Shown one piece after another: positions 18,108-27,803 of a stretch of DNA of 45,275 nt. Positions within the stretch are counted from its first letter, which is position 1. The number at the start of each line of letters is the position of its first letter. The stretch comes from a virus (taxonomy: Duplodnaviria; Caudoviricetes): positions 1-45,275 of the IMG/VR virus record IMGVR_UViG_3300014656_006074. One strand, written 5' to 3'. A model generated the notes under the pieces. The model did not search any database. It was not told where the DNA came from and saw only the letters and a list, made by a program, of their open reading frames with translations. A program made the position numbers and the translations under genes.

Positions 18108-19565
18108 ATGTATTTAACACAGTCAGATATTGTGAAACTTCAATTAACAACTTCCAACAACTACAGATTTTCGGAGATCATCAAATCTCTTATCGATGAG
18201 GATAAAAACAGTGATGAAAAGAAGGATATGGTTGACGGTGAAAATTATTACAACGGCAAACATGATATCTTCAAACATGATTTCAGAAAGTTTTTTATTG
18301 ACGGTGTAGAACATATCAACAAAAATAAAAGCAACAACCTGATAATGAATGCTTTCTTCAGATATCTTATCGACCAGAAAGTCGGTTACATCGCCGGCAA
18401 TTCAATTCTATTCAAAGGAGCTGATGAGCAGTTCGTAAAACTTATAAATGACAATCTCAGTTTCTGGTTTAATAAATTGTTTCAAAAATGGTTACGTGGA
18501 TCCAGCAACAAAGGAAAAGAATTTTGTTATGTATACATTAATCAGCAAGGGCTGTTCGATTATTCTATTATACCGGGACAACAAATAATTCCTGTATATG
18601 ATACTCAGTTTAATGAAACGTTGGTCGGAGTAATAAGATACTACCCGGTCACAAAACAAGAGACATTCAACAGTCCGAAAATCATATTAAACAAAGTTGA
18701 AATCTACGATTCGGAAAAAGTGTATTATTTTGCTGAAGAGCGAGGTGGGAAATATATTCCGGATCCGGATTACAATCCTAATCCGAGATATCATATTTAC
18801 AAGTGGAACAGTCTTTTCCCAAATGAACAGAAAGGAAAAGGCTGGGGCCGGCCGCCGTTTATCGAATTGAAAAATAATGAGGAAGGAATCAGTGATCTTA
18901 AATTCACAAAATCTCTTATTGATAATTATGATTTTAATCTGAGTGCATTCAGTAATAATCTTGCGGACATTGCCAAAGCAATATGGGTATTGAAAGGCTA
19001 CGAAGGCACTAAACTAAGTGAGTTCATGTTTAACTTAAATAGTTACGGCGCAATAAATGTGAATGCCGCAGGTGGTGTTGAACCTAAAACTAATGACCTT
19101 CCGAATGAAGCCCACGACAGTCACATGGACAGAATCGAAGATAACATTTATGTTTTCGGTTTCGGTGTTAATCCAAAAATTGACAAAGCCGGTTTATCAC
19201 CTTCGGGTATCGCTCTCGAGTATATGTATGCAGGTCTGGATATTAAAAGTAACATCGCCATAACAGAAGCCACAGTTGCGGTTCACGAGTTTATGTCATT
19301 CCTGGCTGATTATTATTTGATAACGAAGGGATTAAAATATAATGCCGATTTGATTGAACCGATATTTGATAAACATTTGATCATAAATGAGGCTGAAAAG
19401 ATAACAAGCGTTAAAGATAGTTTTGGAATTACATCTCGCAAAACAGCTCTCTCAAATCATCCCTGGGTTAAAGATGTTGAAGCTGAACTTAAGCAGATCG
19501 AAGATGAAGAAGGAACTCCTATAAATTTTGAAACCGAAACTCGAGTGACAACTTCAGATGAATGA
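18108..19565 (+). CDS. Portal protein, SPP1 gp6-like
   Basis: YYNGKHDI, IDQKVGYI.G, PFIELKNNEEG.SDL..K.LID.YD, PSGIALEY motifs; start moved to MYLTQ. Confidence 0.92.
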   Translation: MYLTQSDIVKLQLTTSNNYRFSEIIKSLIDEDKNSDEKKDMVDGENYYNGKHDIFKHDFRKFFIDGVEHINKNKSNNLIMNAFFRYLIDQKVGYIAGNSILFKGADEQFVKLINDNLSFWFNKLFQKWLRGSSNKGKEFCYVYINQQGLFDYSIIPGQQIIPVYDTQFNETLVGVIRYYPVTKQETFNSPKIILNKVEIYDSEKVYYFAEERGGKYIPDPDYNPNPRYHIYKWNSLFPNEQKGKGWGRPPFIELKNNEEGISDLKFTKSLIDNYDFNLSAFSNNLADIAKAIWVLKGYEGTKLSEFMFNLNSYGAINVNAAGGVEPKTNDLPNEAHDSHMDRIEDNIYVFGFGVNPKIDKAGLSPSGIALEYMYAGLDIKSNIAITEATVAVHEFMSFLADYYLITKGLKYNADLIEPIFDKHLIINEAEKITSVKDSFGITSRKTALSNHPWVKDVEAELKQIEDEEGTPINFETETRVTTSDE

Positions 19566-20472
19566 GAAAGAAATAAATGAACGAATCGCAAAGCTGCTTA
19601 ATAATGCTGATTCAGATATTGATTCACTATTAAAAACTTATGAAAGCAGCATAATTAAGACCTACCGGGAGGGATTGGATGAGATAAAAAAAGATATTGC
19701 TTATATATTTGAAAAGTACGGAGGCAAAGTCGAGTACCCGGACATGATCAAATATAACCGTTTAACTAATTTAGAAATACAAATCACCGAGATTATAAAA
19801 TCACTCACAAATGAAAGTATTAAAACAACTACGTCAGCCCTCAAAGATATTTTTACAACTAATTATTATAAAACTGGATTAGCTCTTGAAACCGGACTAG
19901 GATTTGAACTTGGATTCGGGAAAGTCAATCCTGATTTAGTCCGTGCTGCTGTTCTTAATAAGCTGGACCGCATTAAATGGCCCGAACGTTTAAAGGATCA
20001 CGCTCAGATATATGTGAAACAGGTTAAAAGTGATATTACTCAGGGTTTACTCCGTGGGAAAGGTTACGGTATTATTGCAAAGTCCGTTACGAAAAGAACC
20101 GGTATGCAAACCTGGAAGGCTTTAAGAATCGTAAGAACCGAAGGTCACAGGGTGCAGAATGCTTCCCGCCTGTTGGGTTACGATACTTCAGAAGCCGCGG
20201 CAAAAAGATTAGGCATCGGTACAGAGCGGATCTGGATCCACACAAAAGTTGGAGAATACCGGAAAGATCATGCCTTGATGAATGGCAAAGCAGCTGATAA
20301 ATATGGAATGTTTACTCTCCCTTCAGGAGTAAAAACCGAAGGCCCCGGACTTTCAGGAATTGCTGATGAGGATATTAATTGCAAGTGCACTACAAGGATG
20401 GGATTTAGGAATTTGGATGCACTTGTGCAAAATAAAGATTTAAATTCATCCAGATTATTTGAAAATTTGTGA
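19558..20472 (+). CDS. Minor head morphogenesis protein (SPP1 gp7/MuF-like), short form
   Basis: RIVRTEGHRVQN...W...RKDH..MNG...PG...DINCKC; follows the portal. Confidence 0.88.
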   Translation: MNEKEINERIAKLLNNADSDIDSLLKTYESSIIKTYREGLDEIKKDIAYIFEKYGGKVEYPDMIKYNRLTNLEIQITEIIKSLTNESIKTTTSALKDIFTTNYYKTGLALETGLGFELGFGKVNPDLVRAAVLNKLDRIKWPERLKDHAQIYVKQVKSDITQGLLRGKGYGIIAKSVTKRTGMQTWKALRIVRTEGHRVQNASRLLGYDTSEAAAKRLGIGTERIWIHTKVGEYRKDHALMNGKAADKYGMFTLPSGVKTEGPGLSGIADEDINCKCTTRMGFRNLDALVQNKDLNSSRLFENL

Positions 20473-20506
20473 GAGAGGAAAGTCAAACGAAACTGATTTC
20501 AATAAC

Positions 20507-21250
20507 TTAAAAATCATCTTCAATTTGTTTCGAAGTAATTATTTTTGAAGTAAGAATATCTATTGATTCGCGTGAGTAATTTTCCTTAATATTTCTTAAG
20601 GAATTAATCATTGTTAGAATCTCTGTTTCATTATTGATAATAATATACTTAATATCCTCTGGAGTAAATTTTAATGAAAATTTCCGAAGACTTAAGTTCG
20701 CCGATTTACGAGAATCTGAATTATTATAATCCTCTTTTGTGATAAAGGGTAAAGGATCATCTATACCTGACAAATCAGGCACAAATCTCCATTCTCGTTC
20801 ATCATAATATCTAAATGATTCATAACTTTTTTTGTTTCGTTTAAATATGCCTTCGTATGGTTTGATGAAACCCAGGAATTTCAACAATCCTAATGAAGTA
20901 GATAAATTTAATTTGTCTTGATTTGTTGTATAGTTTATTAAGATGTCATTGATGCTGTCAGACAATATTGAATTATGACTTAAATACAAAATTGGATTAA
21001 TACCGTTTGTTTTGCCCCAACTTTTAGTTAGGCCTAATCCATAATTACCATAAATCCCAATGTGCTTTTTTATTTGGGATAGAGAAAGATCACAAAAACA
21101 AACCATTGCGATTGCGCCATCAAGAGAACCTTTTTTAAAAGAATAAATCTCATAGCAATATTGCGGATAGAAATTATTTTTCAAAATACTTATTAATGAA
21201 TGTAAATTTGGCGTAAAATGAAATAATGAGTTAGAACTTACTAGTGACAT
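20507..21250 (-). CDS. AbiGi-family abortive-infection protein
   Basis: SLFHFT...SILKNNF.P.YC.E...MVCFCDL...H...YG.YGLG..K.W...GINPILY...YDEREWR. Confidence 0.8.
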   Translation of the reverse strand: MSLVSSNSLFHFTPNLHSLISILKNNFYPQYCYEIYSFKKGSLDGAIAMVCFCDLSLSQIKKHIGIYGNYGLGLTKSWGKTNGINPILYLSHNSILSDSINDILINYTTNQDKLNLSTSLGLLKFLGFIKPYEGIFKRNKKSYESFRYYDEREWRFVPDLSGIDDPLPFITKEDYNNSDSRKSANLSLRKFSLKFTPEDIKYIIINNETEILTMINSLRNIKENYSRESIDILTSKIITSKQIEDDF

Positions 21251-21256
21251 GAAATT

Positions 21257-22738
21257 CTAATCTCCGTGGTAAATTATTTCCTCGTTTACAATTTTTATTG
21301 CTTCTTGATCAAGATTATATGATTCACTTCGTAAATCGTTTGCCTTAAGTACTGAATCATTTATCTCTTTTATCTTATTTGGATCTTTTAGAATTGGAAT
21401 CTGAATTCTTGCCAATTGGTGATTATCTATTTCATCAACGACCGAACCATATGTGAAGCGTTTAATAAGCTCATAACCATAATCGGTATTTAACCAAGTA
21501 TATAAATAGCCAGCAATATCTGAATTACTGGGCACTACTCTAATAATATGTTCGTTGGCAACAAAACTATTCCAATGTTTGGGTGTTATCTGAACTTTGC
21601 CGATTGTACCACTCCTAGTTATTAGAATATCATTTTCATGTATCGTTAATTCATTTTGGATTCTTGATGAGTGTTTAGTTAATGATAAATATTTTTTGTC
21701 TCTCGGATCCAATTCTAATATTTGTTTTCCACCAAAAAATACAGCGCCTTGATCTTCTTCAACATAAATTCTCTTAAAACGACCAGGTAGGATAATATTA
21801 CTACTCAACTCTGAATCTCCGAGCAGTTTTATTTCTTTTGATTTTTTCGGCAACAATTTGAGAATTTCTTTAACTATTGGATGATGATATGAGCCATCAA
21901 AACGATTTGATAAATTCTTTGATCTGACTGTAAAGTTTTCAATATCGTCTTTTCTAATAAAATATTCTTTTTCAATATCTTCGATTGGTGGTAAGTCTAA
22001 TTCTGTTAAAAGAATTTTTCGAGCAGTTTCAATCAGTTCGTTTGACTCGTCTCTTAATCTGAAAGATTCTTTAATAAGTTCATCAATTTGATTTTTGAGT
22101 TTTTTGCTGGGATTAGGAACTTTAATATTTGAAAGGTGATCGGGTTCGATATGATTAATTACTGAACCATAGTTATTTGTCTTCAGTAATAGTTGACCAA
22201 TACTGGTTTTCAAGAAAGAATACACATAACCTAAATCATTATCATCATACAATCTCATTCTTATTACATCATCTGAAAAAACTCTATTTGCCAGTGTTTT
22301 TGAAACAAGAGTTATATTACCAATAGTACCGGATCGTGTAATGAGCAATTCGTTTTCATTAACTTTTAATTCTTCAAAATTGACTTTTGTCTTTGGAGAA
22401 ATAAATTTAGTTGGTTGGGGATTGATTTCTAATAACTGTGATGGCATATAAAACTCTATACCATCTTGTTTATTAACATAAATACGTTTGAAACGAGTTG
22501 GATATATAGCGCTTTGGATAAAACTATCACCTGAGAATAAATTTAGTAAAGGGTAAGTGCTGTTTTTAATCAGTTCACGTGCATGCTTACTCTCGATATT
22601 AAAAACATTAGCTTCAAATCGATATTTCTGTTCTGCAACTTCTGATAATTTTATTGATGTCCATTTAACATCTTCATTTTGGTAGAATATAGGTTTAGAT
22701 ATATTTTCTCTTAGATTTTTATTCTGGAGTGCTACCAC
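21257..22738 (-). CDS. R-M specificity subunit with two TRDs (HsdS/BcgI-beta-like)
   Basis: Internal duplication: RFKRIYV...LITRSGTIG...YGSV occurs twice. Confidence 0.88.
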   Translation of the reverse strand: MVALQNKNLRENISKPIFYQNEDVKWTSIKLSEVAEQKYRFEANVFNIESKHARELIKNSTYPLLNLFSGDSFIQSAIYPTRFKRIYVNKQDGIEFYMPSQLLEINPQPTKFISPKTKVNFEELKVNENELLITRSGTIGNITLVSKTLANRVFSDDVIRMRLYDDNDLGYVYSFLKTSIGQLLLKTNNYGSVINHIEPDHLSNIKVPNPSKKLKNQIDELIKESFRLRDESNELIETARKILLTELDLPPIEDIEKEYFIRKDDIENFTVRSKNLSNRFDGSYHHPIVKEILKLLPKKSKEIKLLGDSELSSNIILPGRFKRIYVEEDQGAVFFGGKQILELDPRDKKYLSLTKHSSRIQNELTIHENDILITRSGTIGKVQITPKHWNSFVANEHIIRVVPSNSDIAGYLYTWLNTDYGYELIKRFTYGSVVDEIDNHQLARIQIPILKDPNKIKEINDSVLKANDLRSESYNLDQEAIKIVNEEIIYHGD

Positions 22739-24789
22739 TGAATACCCTCACGTTTTTTCCATTGAGCAAAAATCTCAGGTATCAAAGGCGTTTGGTCATC
22801 AATTACCTTTTTCTTAGATGCCTTTTTAACGGTTGCAACTCCTTCGGATGTATGACCTAATTCTAAAAAATTTACATCGTCATCTGGTACAAGAATTTCG
22901 TTGCCATATTTATCCCTCTTGAAAAGAGGATTTCCTCTTTTATCATGCCCTACTTTATCAATAATTGCCATGAATATTTCATAATCAATCATAAAATTTT
23001 TCGATTCTTCCTTAAGTATTTGCTCTTTATTCTTTTTCTCAAGAATTAAAATTGAAGTCTGAGTTCCATTTCTCGGTTGGAAAGTATCGGGATGTAAGTC
23101 TATACTAGCAATAATTTTTGTTTTCTTAATTAGCCATTTTCTAATATATCCTAAACCAGGAGAACCGAGAATCGAATCTGGTAAGACGATTGCCAATCTT
23201 CCACCAGGTTTAAGAAACTGAAGACATCTTTCAATAAAAAGCTGTTCCGGAGGAGCTGAGGATTGAAGATTTGATGTGATCGTCCATTCATCACTTTTTA
23301 CTTTCTTCCCTTTTATTTCATATTGTTCATTTCGCCAAATATAGCCAATATTAAACTGCGAAAGTATGTGATGATCACGAATAGGTAGCTTACTGCCAAA
23401 CGGTGGATTTGTAATAATAACATCAAAGAATTCAATGTTATCTGAGTTGGTTATTTCGCGTGGATCAATTCCTAAAGCTTTACAAAGCTTTTCTTTAAAT
23501 TCTGGTTCCCATTCATGAGGCGGTAGAAGAGAATCGTTTTGCAGGATATTACCGCTTCCGTCATTGTTCATAACCATATTCATCTTGGTTGCTTTAACAA
23601 GATCGGGATTAATATCAAATCCATAAAAATTGCTTTGAGCAACTTCAGATATTTTTTTGCGCATTAATTCTTTTTCGTGGTCGGACCATTCATGTCTTTT
23701 TCTTCCAAATTCTTTTTCAGCATCTTTATATAAATGTTCAGTAACATGATTCATAGCTAAAACAAGAAATCCGCCCGTTCCGCATGAGCTGTCACAAATT
23801 TTTTCATGTGGTTTTGGATTAACCATTTCAACAGCCATGCGCATAATATTTCTTGGAGTGAAAAATTCACCTCTGTCACCTCGAAGATTGGCGCCAACTA
23901 ATTCTTCATATGCTTTGCCTTTAATATCAATGTTAGTTTCGAGTAAACTATATTTCTGAAGTTCAAGAATTATATAGGCAAAACTTCTTGGTTTAAGATT
24001 TATTTGATCGGCAGCGTCGAATATTTTTGGAAATCTTTTTTTAACTTTATCAAATATCAGGTTAATTCTATTTTTAGCGCTTAGCTGTCCGTCTGGATTA
24101 TTCAACTCACTCGAAGTAATATAAAAATCTAAAGGCTTAGGGACGTTTTGTTCATCTAATATTTTACAGAATATGACTTTAAGAAACTCGAAAAATGCTT
24201 GTTGCTTTTGATATCCATCGACAGTATAAATATGGTTATGACATGTTCTAAATACAAAAAGCAAGTTATCATCAGAAGCTTTTTTTAATTTATTTCGTTT
24301 TGGTCTCTCAATTTCTTCAATAGTAGTATCGGTAGAAGGAATATCAATCCATTCAACAAATTGCCATTCATCCCCAATTCTTACTTTTTTTAGTGCTTGT
24401 TTGTATTTACCATTTGTCCACATGCCCCATTCGCAATTAACACAAGCAGCCATATAAGATTTTAATTGTTCAACTCCATCATTTTTATTTGATGGCTGAA
24501 CCTTTTCTTCTTTACACTCAATGATTATTTGAATGTTATCTTGTATATGTTCTTTCCCTTCCGGGAATATTGCTAAATCAACCCTCGGTTTATTACTTCC
24601 TTGTTTTATTGTTAATTCAACTTCAATTTGTTCTTTAGAATACTTGTGTTCATTAACTAAACGTTTCTCGATTGTTTGACGAACATATTCTTCGGGAGTA
24701 TCTTTTCGGAATTTCCCATCGATATAGTCACAAATTTTGCCTTCGGGGATTGTAATGATTTCAGTGGGAAAGATTTTATTTTTTGCCAT
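22732..24789 (-). CDS. Fused endonuclease and N6-adenine methyltransferase (type IIB/IIG, BcgI-alpha-like)
   Basis: N-terminal PEEYVRQ...VDLAIF...IIECK...QLKSY...WTNG nuclease; GEFFTPR, DSSCGTGGFL, NPPF. Confidence 0.9.
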   Translation of the reverse strand: MAKNKIFPTEIITIPEGKICDYIDGKFRKDTPEEYVRQTIEKRLVNEHKYSKEQIEVELTIKQGSNKPRVDLAIFPEGKEHIQDNIQIIIECKEEKVQPSNKNDGVEQLKSYMAACVNCEWGMWTNGKYKQALKKVRIGDEWQFVEWIDIPSTDTTIEEIERPKRNKLKKASDDNLLFVFRTCHNHIYTVDGYQKQQAFFEFLKVIFCKILDEQNVPKPLDFYITSSELNNPDGQLSAKNRINLIFDKVKKRFPKIFDAADQINLKPRSFAYIILELQKYSLLETNIDIKGKAYEELVGANLRGDRGEFFTPRNIMRMAVEMVNPKPHEKICDSSCGTGGFLVLAMNHVTEHLYKDAEKEFGRKRHEWSDHEKELMRKKISEVAQSNFYGFDINPDLVKATKMNMVMNNDGSGNILQNDSLLPPHEWEPEFKEKLCKALGIDPREITNSDNIEFFDVIITNPPFGSKLPIRDHHILSQFNIGYIWRNEQYEIKGKKVKSDEWTITSNLQSSAPPEQLFIERCLQFLKPGGRLAIVLPDSILGSPGLGYIRKWLIKKTKIIASIDLHPDTFQPRNGTQTSILILEKKNKEQILKEESKNFMIDYEIFMAIIDKVGHDKRGNPLFKRDKYGNEILVPDDDVNFLELGHTSEGVATVKKASKKKVIDDQTPLIPEIFAQWKKREGIQW

Positions 24790-25326
24790 TATAACTCTTA
24801 ACCATAGTATTATCGGGTTTAGTAAAGAAATTAATTATTATTTATGACTACGCTTATAAAAATTGAATTAATGCAGTAAGAAAATACAAATCTTTAGATT
24901 GTACCAACTAACTCTTATTTGTTTGCCAATAAAATTTTATTTATATAAAATACCAATTTTGGAAACCCAAACCTAATGTGATTTAATGGAATATCGTATG
25001 ATTTAATTCAATCAAGAGTCATTCGTTATGTTTTAATAAAGTTTTAAAGATCAAGATTACCAATTAATAATTTTAGGATTACATTAAACTGCTTGGTTTT
25101 AATTTAATTATCTATAGTCTTATGATTTATTTCTTCTAAATTGCTACTAGTCATAATAATTCCGAAATGTATAATGTCATTAAAAAAACGGCACCTGAAT
25201 GGGAGAACCAAAAGGTTTAAACCGCTTCTGAGCTATACAAAAGAAATAATTCTCTATCACTTGATGTTTGACTTTTCAAAAAATATTGGATAATACATAA
25301 AGAAGATTTTTCGGCACTATGCACAT

Positions 25327-26136
25327 TTACATCCGTGAAAAAGCAACTCCAAATTGTTTGTGTTTTAACTTTGCTTGGTAGTATTTCGGTTTAATATTTT
25401 TATTACTAAATAATCGTTTTATATTTTCTATTGTTGTGCAAGTTGCATTTACTCCAAAATAAATACCCGTAAAAATATCTTCGGGAAATGAAATTTCTTC
25501 ATCAGGGTGACTAGTGAAAATTAGTCTCCATTCTCTTTCGTATTCCCAATCTTTTGATTTTGTTGTAATCCAGTCTATATAGTCAAGGGAATAAATATCA
25601 GAAAGGAAGGGAGAAATTATCGGATATTCTGATTCATATTTAATTTTTTTCATAAATATCAATTCTTGTATTTTTAGATAATTATTACATATTGATAATA
25701 ATCGGTTTGCATCAAACTCAATACAGAATCCTCTATGACAATCAGAATAATGTGCCCACATCAAAAGATTATCAACATTTTCCGCTAAAGAAAAAATGCC
25801 GTAATATTTATTCGCAACTTCATTCATTCTCTTAGTCATTAATTCTGGCGATTTAATAATCTTTATATTTTTGAGATATTTTTTTTTTGCTAGGCTTTTT
25901 TGGATACTTAAGGGCATATTCGGATATGAACTTTTAATATGATCCAAAAATCGATTAAGAAGCTGGTTCGTGGAACCGCTTTCAAAATTTGGGTAAATTC
26001 GACAATCAAATGGATCATTAAAATTTTTAGGTGATGAAAAAAACAAAAGATTTTCTCTTAATAATTTTTGATAATTATTATTTGCATCACAATGTCGATA
26101 CTTATAAAGTTTATTAGGGGGTTGATCATCAATCAT
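25327..26136 (-). CDS. DUF2971-domain protein
   Basis: LYKYR...FNDPFD...LMWAHYSD.HRGFCIEF...K...WEYEREWR...IYFG. Confidence 0.88.
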   Translation of the reverse strand: MIDDQPPNKLYKYRHCDANNNYQKLLRENLLFFSSPKNFNDPFDCRIYPNFESGSTNQLLNRFLDHIKSSYPNMPLSIQKSLAKKKYLKNIKIIKSPELMTKRMNEVANKYYGIFSLAENVDNLLMWAHYSDCHRGFCIEFDANRLLSICNNYLKIQELIFMKKIKYESEYPIISPFLSDIYSLDYIDWITTKSKDWEYEREWRLIFTSHPDEEISFPEDIFTGIYFGVNATCTTIENIKRLFSNKNIKPKYYQAKLKHKQFGVAFSRM

Positions 26137-26218
26137 ATTTTAACAAAAGGACAATGGTTGCAAATAGAAAAGTTAAAGCGATTACTAAATTAGTATTATC
26201 TTTGATCCAATTTAACAT
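26129..26218 (-). CDS. 29-aa hydrophobic ORF at the start of putative cassette 4
   Basis: RBS GAGGA; MLNWIKDNTNLVIALTFLFATIVLLLKYD; stop overlaps the first codons of DUF2971. Confidence 0.5.
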   Translation of the reverse strand: MLNWIKDNTNLVIALTFLFATIVLLLKYD

Positions 26219-26240
26219 TTAATCCTCACTCATTGATGTA

Positions 26241-26466
26241 GTACAATGTTGCTGCCAATAACTGGCGCCCCAGAACAAAAAAGCCGATTAGAAAGACAAC
26301 ACCAATAATATAGCAGACGGTGCTTAACTTTAATCGTAAGCGCAGTTTGCATCAATGTTATTTAATAGAACTATCATTAACAAGTTAGCCGAAACGGAAC
26401 GACTAACTCTAAAACTTCTAAACTGCCAAATGCCAAAACAGCGTCCGGTTGAGTTGCATGTCCTGT
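26241..26466 (-). repeat. attC site 3 (degenerate, 226 bp)
   Basis: Arms homologous to attC1 (TCAACCGGACGC ... CCAGTTATTGGC), but the cores are mutated: R'' ACAGGAC and R' ATTGTAC. Confidence 0.7.
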
Positions 26467-26468
26467 GT

Positions 26469-27587
26469 TTACATTTTATTGTAAAAGCTTATCGCTAAAT
26501 CAGCAAAGATTCTTGTAATATATATCCAATTTTTAATAGTATTAGTTCTCTCTATATCAAATGGATCAGGGATTAAAGTACGTTCAATTTGCGATTCTTT
26601 AGCGTGAACGATCGAATTTCTAAAAGAATACAATTGCGTTGATAATTCGTCAAAATTATTACTTTTAGTAATTTTTTTACGCACTGCATATTTACATAAC
26701 CTATTTCTCACAGAGTTCGTTGTTATAATTTTGAGCAATCCCTTCAAATACTCCAATTCTCCCTTTAGCGACGCTAGTTTGATTAATTCCGCATCAGTTA
26801 TATTTTGATCGTATCGTTTGCTATTTACTGTCTTATTTTTATAACTATCGAAGAAATATTCAAGAACCCGATAAAACGTAAGAAATTTATTTTCGCCTTT
26901 TAGTGAACATGCATAATTGTATAGATTAAGTGGATTAGTGTCCATAAAATTCTTGTGATTGCGTATCCTCTTCAGTGACAATTTTTCAAGTTTTTCGTTC
27001 AACTTATGAAATTCATCGTAATCCGTATCAATACCGAGATGAGTCAAAGAAGCCGTAACTCCTGTATTAACAAAATAATGAGAGTTTAAGTAGTAAAGTG
27101 ATTTGAAGAAAATATTCATATAATTTTCTGTGGAGTTTTTAAATATTTTCAATGTAGATAATTGCTTAAGTCGATCAGGATCAATATCAGGATCAATATA
27201 AATCTGACTTAACAATAAAACAGCCAACGAACTCGAATCGCCGCACTCAATAAAATCATCGCCAATCTTGAATGATAGTTTATCTTGAAATGGCCATCTT
27301 TCGTCCCAATTGTAGAAATGGAAATCTGGATGTTTCAAGTTTATAAAATATTCGCAATACGAATCAAAAGAAAATCCACAAGTTGGATAATAAACTAAAT
27401 TATTGTTCCTTGTAATCATTTTAGAGAGGTTTAATTCGTCGACATTATTTTCAGTAAGAACCAATAATTTTGAGCAATGAGGTAACGATATAAGAACTTC
27501 ATTTGATTTGAATTTGTAATTTAAATCATCTCTATTATCAAGTCCCATTTCACATAATAGTTCGACGAACTTACTTTCTATTGCCAT
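26469..27587 (-). CDS. Cassette 3: C-terminal HEPN-motif protein (ApeA/MAE_28990-like)
   Basis: FLTFYRVLEYFF...LYSFRNSIVHA (R-X4-H). Start moved to MAIESK because the track's extra N-terminus lies in attC2. Confidence 0.72.
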   Translation of the reverse strand: MAIESKFVELLCEMGLDNRDDLNYKFKSNEVLISLPHCSKLLVLTENNVDELNLSKMITRNNNLVYYPTCGFSFDSYCEYFINLKHPDFHFYNWDERWPFQDKLSFKIGDDFIECGDSSSLAVLLLSQIYIDPDIDPDRLKQLSTLKIFKNSTENYMNIFFKSLYYLNSHYFVNTGVTASLTHLGIDTDYDEFHKLNEKLEKLSLKRIRNHKNFMDTNPLNLYNYACSLKGENKFLTFYRVLEYFFDSYKNKTVNSKRYDQNITDAELIKLASLKGELEYLKGLLKIITTNSVRNRLCKYAVRKKITKSNNFDELSTQLYSFRNSIVHAKESQIERTLIPDPFDIERTNTIKNWIYITRIFADLAISFYNKM

Positions 27588-27596
27588 ATTTTTAAC

Positions 27597-27803
27597 ACTC
27601 AACGGCGTTGCCCATAAGCCGTCCGCCCCAAACAGCGATGACAAATAGACAACGAATATTTATAATTTATAGCCGCCAGTAAATTTCACAAAACTGGCGG
27701 CGACCTAACTACTTAGAACAAAATGCCGAACGAAAAACGTAAACCCTATACTTGCACTTGCCTCAAACCGTTTCGGCGGTCGGTCTTGAGCGGCTTGTTA
27801 TAA
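27597..27803 (-). repeat. attC site 2 (207 bp)
   Basis: Minus strand: TTATAAC AAGCCGCTCAAGACCGACCGCC ... GGACGGCTTATGGGCAACGCC GTTGAGT; R' is a perfect GTTRRRY. Confidence 0.88.

Noticed and set aside
19558-20472. MuF polymorphic toxin with downstream immunity gene
   Set aside because: The protein ends ~27 aa after the NCKC motif with no toxin domain, and the next gene is on the opposite strand.
24790-25326. A fourth attC after DUF2971, making the R-M operon a cassette
   Set aside because: No R''/L''/L'/R' set found. Fragments such as minus-strand GGTGCCGTTTT near 25190 are too short to exceed chance.
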